Below, in pieces: positions 26,693 through 39,932 of a DNA stretch of 64,000 nucleotides (positions are counted from its first letter, which is position 1; each line of letters opens with the position of its first letter). The notes below the pieces were generated by a model that did not search any database, was not told the origin of the DNA, and saw nothing but the letters and a program-made list of their open reading frames with translations. The position numbers and the translations under genes were made by a program. The stretch is from Octopus vulgaris (lineage: Eukaryota): positions 104,532,001-104,596,000 of the forward strand of contig OX597820.1 in the NCBI GenBank assembly GCA_951406725.2, in the 5' to 3' direction.

Positions 26693-27879
26693 TATATACA
26701 TATATATACACGACGGGTTTCTTTCAGTTTCTGTCTACCAAATCTACTCACAAGGCTTTTTTTATTTTTATTCTTTTGTTTTTTATTATCCTGGTAAGAT
26801 TTGATATCAGAATCTTATCTGTTGCGTAAATAGCACCAAATACTGTATGACATTTAGTTTTGTGTTCCACAGTTTCTGTTGAGAGATTGTTAATTTCATC
26901 ATCATTGTTTATACATTTGCTTTTGCATACTCACATGGGTTGGGCAGAATTTTGTTGAGGCAGATTTTCTCCAGTCAGATACCTTTCCTGTTGCCAACCC
27001 TCACCCATTTCCAAATAAGGTAATATTTCCCCATGACTAGACATGTTTTTCATGGAAGATTGCAAACAAAGAACACCTTTCATTTCTGACTATCACACAA
27101 TGTCAAAGCAAAAAGACACATTCTCTCACTTACTCACTCTCACAATCATACCATATATATATGGTTGGCCCAAGGCTATAATAGAAGACACTTGTCCACA
27201 TGCATTGAAATTGAACTCAGAGCCATGTGGTTGAGAAGCAAGCTTCTCACATCACAAATTCAAATCTGGAGTTTCAAGTATTTTAGTCTTTTTTTTTTTA
27301 AAGTTCTGTTATATATTTGTATAGTCAAGCAGTTGACACCTCTCACTTGCACTGTCTAGCTTATTCCACCTGAATCCATTTTAGATTCTGAACTAAAGTT
27401 AAAAGAAGGCCTGTAGAAGAATTAACAAATATTATTGATAGGTGTGGTAGAAGAGAATCTAAGTAATCTGTTTTCACTACTACTACTACTACTAAATAAT
27501 AATGATAATAATATTATCAATGGCAATTGGTTTCAAATTTTGGCTTATGACCAGCAATTTTAGGAGGAGAAGGGGTAAGTTTGTTACATTGATCCTTGTG
27601 TTAAACTGGTGCTAATTTTATCAACACTGAAAGTATAATAGGCAAAGTTAACCTTGATAGGATTTGATCCTGAAACATACAAGGTTGGAACAAATGTAGC
27701 ATTACATTTCTTTTTCTGCTGTTCTATCAATTCTGCTAGCTCTCTATAATAATGATATTGTTATTGTAGTACACCCATTCAACAAACTAATTACGAAAAT
27801 TAGTGATAACTGTACAAGTCAATTATAAGTATTTGAGTATTCTAATGGTTTATACACACACATACACACATACACACTC

Positions 27880-28097
27880 AAGGGGGTGCTGCAAAGTTCC
27901 TGGCTTTAAGGATATCGCAAATGACCTGATTGAAGGCCTATCCTACCAAGTTCTTTTGCAGGGCTTAGAAAAAAAACTGAGGGGCCATTGCAATAAGTGT
28001 GTGAATCCAAGAGGGGGATATGTTGAATAAAATCATAATTAACTGATCCCCTTGTATTTTCTTTTACCCAAAGTCAGGAACTCTTCAGCACATCCTT
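27880..28097. mobile_element. Tc1/mariner-derived MITE
   Basis: TIRs agggggtgctgcaaagttcctggcttt / aaagtcaggaactcttcagcacatcct; a sister copy in the opposite orientation lies at 58123-58340. Confidence 0.75.
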
Positions 28098-28125
28098 GTG
28101 TTTGTATATATATATACATACATAC

Positions 28126-28244
<119 letters not shown>

Positions 28245-30726
28245 AGTCTCCAAATCTCTCGTTCTTTTGTCTCTACTTTGATGATCCAGCCTGATGCCTT
28301 ATTGCCATTCTTTTATCTCTTTTTCCAGCTCCACCCCAATTACTCTCACCCACTCCTGTATGAGGTGAGTAGCCATGTATATCCTTTACAACAGGTGCCT
28401 TTTATGTGTCACTAGCCACAACCAAGATTTCACTTAGCTTGGCATGTCTTCTCAAGCACAGCAAATTGCCAGAAGTCTAGATCACTTGTAATCACCTACG
28501 TATATTTACTTACCTAATACATATATAATGCTGCCCAGTTCAAAATGATCGACAGGTCAAAATGAACCACAGCCTGCTCAGTTCAAAATGCTCTAAAACC
28601 TGGTACTAATCCTTGGCCCAGTGGTTAGGGTCACTGTTGCAGTATATTGTATACCTTGATGTATAAGGCCAGGGAAATATTCACCTGCTGACACCACTAC
28701 CACTTCCCTACAACTATTTCCCTACATCTACTCTAGATAAATGGCTCTTGTGGCAATGAATTGGGTGTTTCCACTCACAAAAGCTCAATAAGCTAGATAT
28801 TTATATTCTTTTCTAGTCTAGGCACAAACAAATACTAGACTAAATGTTTTACAATATCATAATTTTCCACCTTCCTATTTGAATTTTAATCCCAATAGAA
28901 CTTTCCAGTGACAATTGAGATTCCTCATTCCTCACTGGAGGTTAAATCCACCAATTATATACAGTTCCACTCTGTTAACCTTTTTAATACCAAAAATTTT
29001 GGTTGATTAGATCAACCCTAGTATGCAACTGGTACTTAATTTATCAATCCCGAAAAGAAGAAAGGCGAAGTCAACCTTGATGGAATTTGAACTCAGAACA
29101 TAAAGACAGGCAAAATACTGCTAAGCATTTCACCCAGCGTGCTAACGTTTCTGCCAGCTCTGACTATGGATGCCATATACTCACACTCACCCGGTCATTC
29201 TCTCAGCTATCTATCAAGACCCACTTACTCTTATTCACTCCCTCATCCACTTACACTCAACTAACTGTTCGCCCACTCTGTCAACTATTCACTCATTCAC
29301 ACTCACATACATTTATGCATGCATGCAAAATCACATGCATATATGTGCTCACACAATTACAAAACCTGAGCACTTTCACTCTCATACACAACACACACAT
29401 ACACCACCCACACTCATACACGAGCATTTTATAATCCTAGTATTGATTTCTTTAGTGACATGTTTACATTAGTCATTAATTGATCCTATAGAGATAGTTA
29501 GTTATACTCTTGTGGCACTCTTCTAGTTTTGTTCTCCTCCTCCTACCACCACACTCCACTGAGTGAACCAAAGGTAATAGTTCTATCCCCCCTCCCTCCA
29601 CTCATACACATTGTTCTGTTTTTCATAGCTTACTTATATACACATGGGTGGTCTAACTAAACTATTCATTCCCAGCCAACATTCACAAACTCCTACTATT
29701 ATAACATATCTACTGTCACCACTGCCTTATTGTGTACCTGAATCACCACCATTACCTCTGCCATTCTACTTCTTACCTGACACACTTTATTCATACACCT
29801 TCCTCATTCATCATAGATTATAAGTACTATAAAAAAAAAGTTTTACAGAACTATTCATAGAACATGTATCTAATCCACTGTATATGGCCCTAGATCTGCT
29901 CTGTAGTCAAAAATGTTCCAGTAGGGACCATTCTGCCTTATTCTCACTTATTGTATGTAGTAGACCACATTATTTAATTTGTCATTCTTTTTAAAGATAG
30001 TAAGATGTGATTTGAAAGAGATTTGACTGTTATTTCTTGCTGCTCAAACATGTGAATAGAGGCTCCTTTGATTCAGTCTTCATTTAAATTTTTATACATT
30101 TAGTATCATATAAACAGTGCAGTAGCTTATAAATAATTCTGGTTATGACCCAGATCAGCACTGATTAAGCAAACTAACGATTTGTTTCTGTTGTGACCAT
30201 CAATTTCTGACATAGTGTATCTAGGACTACATTATCCAGTGTCCTGCTTTTCCTTAAATGGTAAGGTGTGATTTAAGGGAAAATCTAGTTACTATTTCTT
30301 GTAGGTTTCACAACCATCAATGAGGTTTTCTCTTGGATCAGTTTTATTGTTGCCCTCTTGTGTGGTGATCTTGATACTTGTTGCCTTGTTAAACAATACC
30401 ACTGGCTACTTGGATGCCTTTAGCAGATGTTGCCCAGCCAGGTTTTCTCACTCAGTTGCCTCTTTGCTTTTTTTTTTTCTTTCCCTTAAAGAAATTGATC
30501 TTCAGATGGCCAGACCAAGCATTCTCTACTTCACTCTCACAAGTCTCCTCTACCTGATTCAACATGGCAGGCATAGCTGTGTGGTAAGAAGCTTGCTTCC
30601 CAACCACATGGTTCTGGATTCTATCCCACTACTTGACACCTTGGGCAAGTGTCTTCTCCCATAGCCTCCAGCTGACCAAAGGCTTGTGAGTGGATTCAGT
30701 AAGCAGAAGCTGAAAGAAGCCTAATG

Positions 30727-30776
<50 letters not shown>

Positions 30777-32077
30777 GCCAGTGGCACGTAAAAAGCACCA
30801 TTCGATCGTGGCCGTTTGCCAGCCTCGTCTGGCACCTGTGCCGATGGCACGTAAAAAGCACCCACTACACTCACGGAGTGGTTAGCGTTAGGAAGGGCAT
30901 CCAGCCGTAGAAACATTGCCAGATCAGACTGGGCCTGGTGCAGCCTTCTGGCTTCCCAGACCCCAGTTGAACCGTTCAACCCATGCCAGCATGGAAAGCA
31001 GACGCTAAACGAAGATGATGATGATGTGTGTGTGTGTGTCTTAGCGTCTGGTCCCCACGACCATCACTGCTTCACAACCAGTGTTGGTGTGCTTACATCC
31101 CTGTAACTTAGCAGTTCAGCAAAAATGAAGCTTAACAAAAAAAGAAAACAAAAATGTACTGGAGTTGATTCATTTGACTAAAAAATTTTCAAGGCAGTAC
31201 CCCAACATGGCTGCAGGCTAATGATTAAAACAAGTAAGGTGAAGAAAGACTAGTCCCACTCTCCACTTCTCATCTCAATAAACTAAAAAACAGAGAGTGG
31301 TTGAGGAGTTAGTTTTCTAATTTATGGTACTGCTTTGGAACAATTGGATCTTTGTTATTCATTCAGTAACTTGGCATGTCAACTAATTAATTGCCTTTGG
31401 TCAATATATGTAGCTTTCATTTATTCTTCTAGCTAATTTTGTCTGTGATAATTTTGAAATTTACTTCTCCAATTCTCTTAATTATTTTTGTGGTGAGTAT
31501 TTTAATTAAATCTAGTCTACGACCTAATTCTTGATACCTTACTAATACTTTTATAAAAAGTACGTAGTGTATGGAAGTCTGTAAGTTTATTTTTTTTGAA
31601 ATAAACCTTAATTTACAACAAATGAGTTGCTGTCTCAACACAGTTTTAAATAATAAATATGGTGCTTCATTCTGAGGATCTTGATAGCTTTTGTGAAACC
31701 TTTTGAATCTCTTCACCTCTCAGTTCAACGGGTACTCTGATTGATCCAATTGAAATAATTACTAGAATTGATTTCAGTAACCCTTCCCTCCCTCCCACAT
31801 AAGGTAAGGTCTTGTGGTTATGTTGGAAATTATATGTATAGGCATGGCTGTATAGTTGATATTACTTTGCAACTACATGGCATCTGATTTGAGTCCATTG
31901 AACAGCACCTTGGGTAAGTATATTCTACTATACCCTCAGGTCAACCAAAGTCTTGTGATTAAAATTTGGTGGACTCTAGTTCGTACACCACTACAAACCA
32001 TATATATATATATATACACATATCCATGCACAGATTTTATATATTAAGAAAAAGGAGGTAGTCAGATTATTGGATAA

Positions 32078-32118
32078 ATATTATCACTTTCATCTTGTTT
32101 CCAAGACTCATCAGATAT
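32078..32118 (-). ncRNA. Degenerate minimal hammerhead motif
   Basis: Reverse complement reads atat-CTGATGA-gtcttg(gaaa)caagat-GAAA-gtg-ATA-atat; stem II is capped by a GNRA loop. Confidence 0.6.
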
Positions 32119-32807
32119 AATATTTTACAAAAAATTTTATGCCTTTTATATAAATCTGGAAGAGAATATTATTTGTATGTGTCTGTATGTATATCATCAT
32201 TTAATATTTGTCTTTCATGCATGCTGGCATACATTGAATGGTTTGACAAGAACTGACATGTTGAAGGGTTGCATTGTGCTCCAGTGTCTACTTTGCCCTG
32301 TTTTCTATGGTTGCATGCCCTTCTTAACACTGTATAGGCATGGCCCTGTGGTTAAGAAGTTTGCATCTTGTGGTTTAATGTTCTTACTGCATGGCATTGC
32401 AGGTAGGTGTCTTCTCCTATGGTCTTAGATTGATCAATGCCTTGGGAGTGGAATTGCTATACAGATCAGAATCGTTTTGTGTGTGTCTGTGTGGGTATCC
32501 TTCTTCTTGTCTTGATGTTGTTTGCCCACTGCATAAAAACAAGATCACTGTCCATACAAATGGTGCCATTATTTATCATCTTCAATGAAAACATGTCTAG
32601 CTAGTGAATTGTTTATTTGAAGGACCAGAAGAAATAATGCCTTACTTGGAAACAGGTTAGGTTTGATAAGAAATGCAGTTGGCTGTAGAAAAGCTGTTCC
32701 AGTAAGTTTCCTCTGAGCCATGCCAGCATAGTAAAAGGGTAATTTAAATGACAAATGATATAGGGATTGGATTTTCTTTTAAAATTATATTTGAAACATT
32801 GATGATA

Positions 32808-33170
32808 AGTGTAGGAGTGGCTGTGTGGTAAGTAGCTTGCTTATGAACCACATGGTTCCAGGTTCAGTCCCACTGTGTAGCACCTTGGGCAAGTGTCTTC
32901 TACTATAGCCTAAGGCTGACCATTTGGATTTGGTAGATGGAAACTGAAAGAAGCCCGTCATATATATGTATGTATGTGTATCTGTATCCCCCCAACATCG
33001 CTTGACAACTGATGCTGGTGTGTTTACATTCCCGTAACTTAGCGGTTTGGCAAAAGAGATTGACAGAATAAGTACTAGGCTTACAAAGAATAAGTCCTGG
33101 GGTCGATTTGCTCGACTAAAGGTGGTGCTCCAGCATGGCCACAGTCAAATGACTGAAACAAGTAAAAGTA
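32808..33170 (+). mobile_element. tRNA-derived SINE family A, near full-length representative (other copies ~10587-11225, 16806-17180, 19340-19757(-), 19830-20190(-), 21754-23215, 25190-26760(-), 30567-31220, 39145-39553(-), 45973-46396, 51850-52980(-), 58735-59100)
   Basis: Repeated head ggagtggctgtgtggtaag...ggttcagtcccactg, CORE-like ccttgggcaagt, central (TA/TG)n, and 3' end ccagcatggccgcagtcaaatgactgaaacaagtaaaagag. Confidence 0.9.
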
Positions 33171-34019
33171 TAGTTTAGGGAAGTTGACTTTTCCAGACAA
33201 AATGCTACCCCACCTACCCTACAGCTGTTTAGCTTGACTCCAGCTACACTGATCTTGTTAGTTCAAGCAGGGCCTGCAAAAATTATGTGCCCTGCTCATC
33301 CTCTCATGGCTAACTCAAAAAAATGGACGAAAACCCTCTCTCAATTCTCCAAATTTCATATTAAATGTGTGGGAAGGTGACTGCATTCAATATTTTATAT
33401 AAAGTCTTTCCAGAAGATTAACACCAGCTGTGTGTGAAGTATGAAAGGAACTGAGTCACATATTAGAATCTTTGATTATAGAAAAAGATGCAAGTTATAT
33501 TTTAACTATGTTATTTATGAATACTTATTGTTTAGCAGCTTCTATGTTGCCTTATATAAACTAAACACAGAAGTTATCTCTTTGGACATGCTTTAGTATA
33601 TTAGACTCCATCTTATTGTAAATTTGATATAAATTAAAGAAAGAAGATAGCTGTGTTCACTGCTTCTGCCAGCTTATATGAAACAAGATCCTATAGAATC
33701 TTTTAAAATCTCCTCTTTCTCCTGCTTTCCTATTTAATCTCTTCAAATCCACCACTACTCCCAATACATGTCAACAGCATTTTTACTTGGTTAATCCTTA
33801 ATGAATCATGAGGATCCATGTGATTAGTATTTGTTTAGCACTGAACAGGTGGGAGATAAATCTTCCACTGAAATGAAGTTTTATCTAAACACAGAAATTT
33901 TGTCAAAATTCGCTTAGAGAGAAACTGAGTTGATAATATAAACCAGTTACACACTCATCAATTTTACATTGCTGCCACTGTTTACAGCAATTTACTATCC
34001 TTAGATTTCATGAATTGAT

Positions 34020-34520
34020 GGTGCTCTCTTTGATCCACAGTTTTTCAGCTCTGGTGTGCCCCAAAGTTTAGTTATCCTCAAAACTCTTCCTTGTATATAT
34101 CACTGGCCCACTTGCCATTACCATCAATACTCACTCATATGTAGATGATATCACCACTTCTTTCCTTTTTACCTTTCCCTTTTAAGCATCATCCACATCC
34201 ATTGTGGACACCCTGTAACAAACTTACACTGCCTCCATAGATAGAGACCTCAAAACTACTCTCAGACCAATTTTTACCTCTATTTACTGCACAGAGATTC
34301 AGTCACTACATATAAACAAAACATTGTCACCCTTAAACATGAACAACATGCTACTAAAACCTTCAGAGTTATGACAAATGCTAGACCTGGTCATCACTGA
34401 ATCTCTCATTTGGCTAACAGACATATGCAATATAACAAAAACTACAATACATAAGACTGGCTTTCTACACTTAGGTTTTGAAATAGTCAAGTCTATCTCT
34501 CCTTTTCCCTTCCATTCTGT
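34020..34520 (+). mobile_element. Highly decayed CR1/Jockey-group LINE RT fragment
   Basis: SSGVPQSLVI...LFLVYI...HSYVDDIT, across frameshifts, resembles SGVPQGSVLGP.LF..YINDL...YADD. Confidence 0.6.
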
Positions 34521-34566
34521 AAATGTAAATTTAGGTTGGAAGGTGAGGGACTGTGTCACTGTAGAC

Positions 34567-35185
34567 CAGTGCTTCTCAAACTATCTGATGTGGCATACTG
34601 GCAGTTTTTTTTCTTCCCCACCAATGTTCTAGGGACTGTCCCTAGAACATTGGTGGGGAAATATTAATTTATACTGGAAACAATATATATAATGAATATA
34701 ATAAAAGTTGACAATTTTTTTTATCTTATACTAGCACTATGACCTGGTGATGCCAGTTCATAGTGCTAGTGCATTTATATACAGCTGCGTGCGTGCGTGC
34801 ACACATACACGCGAGTACTGTCCAAATCTCCAACCAATCACATACAGCTAGCTGGCATTCAATTGGCGTATCAAGTGTCGGGCATTTTGATTGGGTTTTG
34901 GATAGAAAATTCATGAAAAAAGTCACTTCTATTGATTTTTTTAATGGCTTTGCGGGGTGACTGGGGAAATGTAACGATGTGCATGACCACCCTTGGACGG
35001 TTTTGAATGACCATAGAAAGTGCGAGCTCTCTAACTGAAAAATTGTGGACACACACACACAGACAGACATTTTGCCATTTAAATATAGAGAGATTTATTT
35101 TGTAAACAAATAATACAATAATGCATAACCATTTTATAATGTTTCTTTTCTGGAAACTCACCACGTACCAGCTGAAGACTATCTG
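34567..35185 (+). mobile_element. hAT/Charlie-like non-autonomous DNA element, right end not found
   Basis: Begins CAGTGCTTCTCAAAC (hAT-type TIR); interior is richer in CpG than the flanks. Confidence 0.4.
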
Positions 35186-35514
35186 ACAAATTTTGCTTTC
35201 TGTATTTGGTTTGTAAGATTCTCGATTCGTTGAAACAAATCTTGTGTTTTGTTGATGTATTTCACTAAAATTAAAACCCTGTTGTTTTAGTTCTTATAAA
35301 CAAAGGGGTTTAAAATTTGTTGTTTAAGTTCCATTAATCATATTGATAAATTAATAGTAATAATAAAAAGAAATGCTGCATATTGTATTATGCAGATGCT
35401 TGTAATCATTCATAAAGGTGCCTATAATTTACCAAACTACCAACATTGCCCCATTGTCAGTCATTGAGATACTATGCGCACACACATACACCATTACATA
35501 ATATTTATATAGAG

Positions 35515-35805
35515 CAAGGTCGCTGTCAGTGCCACTGGACTGGGTCCTGTGTAGGTGGCACATAAAAAGCACCATTTCAGCGTGGCCGTTGGCAGTACCG
35601 CCTGACTGGCCCTCATGCCAGTGGCACGTAAAAGCACCCACTACACTGTCGGAGTGGTTGGCATTAGGAAGGGCATCCAGCTGTAGAAACTCTGCCAGAT
35701 CAGATTGGAGCCTGGTGCAGCCATCTGGGTCGCCAGCCCTCAGTCAAATCGTTCAACCCATGCTAGCATGGAAAGTGGACGTTAAACGACGATGATGATG
35801 ATGAT
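35515..35805 (+). mobile_element. SINE family B with (GAT)n tail, representative (others ~121-350, 4232-4470(-), 5910-6430, 30775-31025, 36376-36562, 39572-39772, 57457-57807(-))
   Basis: Shared aaaagcacccactacactc.cggagtggttggc.ttaggaagggcatccagctgtagaaac...ccaacccatgctagcatggaaagcggacgttaaac(gat)n. Confidence 0.9.
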
Positions 35806-37194
35806 TCTGTAGCTTTCTTCTCTCCTCTGCTTCCACTCCTCTAAGATACAGTTGACATTCTTTACATAGTTTATCATTCAACTTTCTTATTCACCTAAAG
35901 TACTTTTGATTATTTACCTAGTCAGTCACCCAAATTTAAGGTGTTCCACTCAGGGACAGTGCAGGAGTGTCTAGAGTTCTGTTAGAAAATTAATATCTTC
36001 TTCCTGTCTTTTTATTTCAAAACTTTCTGTTCTTGCTTTAAAATGATTTTTGGCCTATTATAATTTTGTTACTACAGTTGCACAGCATGATTATTATCTG
36101 ATGACCTCAATCAGTTTACATTTACGTCATTTACTGCTTTGTATATCTGTTTACGTCACGTGTGACATAAATAGCTCATCGATTAATATAGTAATGATTT
36201 TCAACTAGGTTGGGGAATTCTAACCACTTGAATTCATTCCAATGTTGTTACTGGTACTCGTTTCATTACAAAGGGCACATCTCCACTACACCAACATTGC
36301 CAGTAGCAGATAAAAGACAGCAAAATCAACTTCTGATGGCATTTTAACTTGATGCTAATATAAGTAATGCCAATTGGACTACACTCACGGAGTGGTTGGT
36401 CTACTACACTCATGGAGTGGTTGGCATTAGGAAGGGCATCCAGCTGTAGAAACACTGCCAGATCAGACTGGAGCCTGGTGCCGCCTCCTGGCTTCCCAGA
36501 CCCCAGTCGAACCGTCCAACCCATGCTAGCATGGAAAACGGACATTAAACAATGATGGTGATATAAAACCTATGAAATGCTTCATACATTTGGTAAGGTT
36601 CAGTGTCAGAATATGACCTCAACTTAACCCAACCCAACAAATACTCAATTAATTTTCATTTTCTACAAAGGGACTCTGCTTGAAATATTCTTATCTCTTT
36701 GCATCACACATCTATGTGTGTGTGTATTTTGCAAATTTATTTAACTACTTTTATATTAACACAGACCATGTTTACTCTCCTTGAAACTAGTTTGTTGGTT
36801 TCCTGGCCCTTCAGAATACTGCACTCATCAGGATAACCCCCATTTCCCCATTTTTTGTCAGTCAGAGCAGCAGAACTTTATTGATAAAAGAAAAAAGGAA
36901 CCATCACATATTAATCTGCATCAATTATACATTTCAGTTCCAGCTAAATTAAAGAAATTTATAATTACCAGGGGTTCAAGCTAAATTTGACAGTCTGTAT
37001 AAAAGGAAAAAAAAATTGGGGGGTTTCCTGATATCTGAGCTAGGTAGCAATCAGCCCCTTTTGCTATCATTCCCAGGGCACCTATGACAACAGGTATTGT
37101 TTTAGTCTTCAGGTTCCACATTTTGCTCATTACTATTTCAAGATCTTTATACTTGCTCAGTTTATTTCAAGATCTTTATAATTGCTCAGTTCAT

Positions 37195-37281
37195 TATTGT
37201 TGTTGTTCTTCTCCTCCTCCTCCTCCTCCTCCTCATCATCATCATCATCATTACCATCATCATTATTATTATTATTATTAT
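37195..37281. repeat. Compound trinucleotide repeat (TGT)(CCT)n(CAT)n(TAT)n
   Basis: Direct observation. Confidence 0.9.
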
Positions 37282-38727
37282 GTGCCCTGATGCAATACCA
37301 GGCAGTGGCTCTCATGGCTTCCACTATGTCAATGGAGGAAGGTAGATAGCAGAATTGGTAAATGATTTGACAAAATGTTTTTGCTGTATTTAGCTACATA
37401 CCTTTGTGTTTGGAGTTCAATTCTGCTGGAATCAGTTTTTGCTTTTCTTCCTTTTAATTGGGAGTTATTCAATACGCTGTTCTCCCCTCCAAATTTTTTC
37501 CCATGTATCTATGTAAGAAATAATTAAACTGAATTTAAGATATCTATTTTTCTCTCATAGTTAGAAAGCATTCTAGTTTGAAGTAGCAACAATTTAAAAC
37601 TCAAACAGTTCATTAATCACAAAATTAACCCTAACCCTAATTACGAATGAACTGTCATATTTGCTCACATAGAACAATTATTGCCCATATCGGAGACGAT
37701 GAAAGAAATTCTAATCACATTTTATTGTCCTCAGTGTACTGCAGGTAACAGAGCCGATTACAGATTCATAAAGATCTGAGATTATATACGATTGACTCTA
37801 TCTTAATCCACTTAATCTAATAATAAACTATTGTTTAATAAGCTTTCTAATAAATTGTGCAGCACCTCAATGAACTTTGGAATATTAGCTGCTAATTTAC
37901 TCTTCTCTTAGTGCTCATCATTGTCTTTCTCTCTCTATCTCTCTCTTACTTCCACTCACTCTTTTAATCTCTCTCATGAACACTATACCAATCTACCTAC
38001 TGGCCTACCCTGCTTACTGTTTTCCATCTTATATCTTCTTTCTCTCTTTAATCTTTATTAATGAGAAGACAAAATAGAATCAGTATTCATATAATTCTTC
38101 TTTATCTTCACCATGATACTGGACAATTTGCTTCAGAATAGAAATGTCTGCTGTCTCATCAACAATGAGAAAATTTTGTCACCTTCAGCTTAGATACAGA
38201 GTTGAATTCACTGTTCACCTAAAAAAAAAAAGCTCTTAGTCCTTTCAGTTCTACCAAGCTTTATGTCCTTTACTAATTTTGAATTTGGATAATCTTGGCT
38301 ATGAAGCCTAAATAATTTATTCACTGATTCCTATAAATAAGTCAGAACTCTTGTTAGACTCTTGCGGTGGTTTTCACTGAAGAGACACAATAAAGTTGAA
38401 ACACCATGGTGTCTCAAAGTCTCCTTACATCAGTGAATCATATGTCTAAAGAGAAGACATGTTCTCCAATGATAGAAAACAATGGCAGTCAACACATTCA
38501 TGTTTAAATCTACCAGAACGTATTGAGAATGAATAGATTATGTTATTGTTTTGATTCTCACTATTCTAGCATGCTTTTGATCACATTTGTTCAGTCAGAG
38601 CATACGTGAGGCAAAAAATGTAATTTGTATTGTCTTAGAACTAACATATGAATTGTTCTGTTTTCCTACTTACATCTGCCTTACTTAAAAAAGTATATTT
38701 ACAATGAAATGTTTGACTCTTTTATAG

Positions 38728-39004
38728 CTGCCACATGGTGGAGTGGATATGACATTTGGAGAACTACAAGAGATTTCTGCTCATCAGCAGAGAGAGCTGG
38801 AGGCACAACAAAAAATCTTGCTAACCAAAGAGCAGCGCTTGAAGTACTTACGGAATCAAGATGCTCAACACCAACAAACGATTGCCGAGAATGACCAGCT
38901 TCGGAAACTTCGTGAGAGGGTTGAATCCCAAGAATTGAAACTGAAGAAATTAAAAGCTCTGAAAGGTCAAGCTGAACAACAGAAGCTGAACAATGGCAAT
39001 CTAA
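38728..39004 (+). CDS. ASPP: ASPP exon, N-terminal coiled coil ([15 protein letters not shown]...KLNNGNL)
   Basis: Acceptor tttatag|CTG and donor CTAA|gtgagt; ORF 38743..39018; strong similarity to ASPP1/2 residues ~120-215. Confidence 0.93.
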
Positions 39005-39891
39005 GTGAGTACTTCTGATCAGAATTGGTATTTGTTGCTTCAGTTTCATTGGTATCATAACATTATGGAGAAACCATAAGTTCAAGGGTGATGGTTTGTT
39101 TATAATTTTCAGAAGAAACTTTACATTTGTGTGTGTGTGTGTTTCCTCTTTTTTGTTTCAGTCATTTGACTGTGGCCATGCTGGAGCACCGCCTTTAGTC
39201 GAAAAAATCAACCCCAGGAATTACTCTTTGTAAGCCTAGTACTTATTCTATCAGTCTCTTTTGCTGAACTGCTAAGTTATGGGGATGTAAACACACTAGC
39301 CTCGGTTGTCAAGCGATGTGGGGGGAACAAACACAGACACACAAACATATACACACACACATATATATATATATATATACACATATATACGATGGGCTCC
39401 TTTCAGTATCCGTCTGCCATATCTATTCACAAGGCTTTGGTTGGCCCGAGGCTATAGTAGAAGACACTTGGCCAAGGTGCCATGCAGTGGGACTGAACCC
39501 GGAACCATGTGGCTCGTAAGCACGCTACTTAGCACACAGCCACTCCTGCGCCTATATATAATATATATATTGGCCCTCATGCTGGTGGCACATAAAAAGC
39601 ACCCACTACACTCTCAGAGTTGTTGGCATCAGGAAGGGCATCCAGCTGTAGAAACTTTGCCAGATCAGATTAGAGCCTGGTGCAGCCTCCATGGCTTACC
39701 AGACCCCGGTCGAACCATGCAACCCATGCCAACATGGAAAGCGGATGTTAAACAACTATGAAGATGATGATGATATATATATATATGTATATGTGTGTGT
39801 GTGTATGTGTGTGTGTATATATGTGTGTGTATGTGTGTGTGTATATATGTGTGTGTATGTGTGTATATATATATATGTGTGTGTGTGTGTG

Positions 39892-39932
<41 letters not shown>

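Noticed and set aside
37625-37640. Telomeric (TAACCC)n
   Set aside because: Only about two units; not an interstitial telomere array.
38430-38505. Possible upstream ASPP exon (...SPMIENNG, cf. ASPP2 RKENG)
   Set aside because: No phase-0 GT donor after the similar segment; likely chance.
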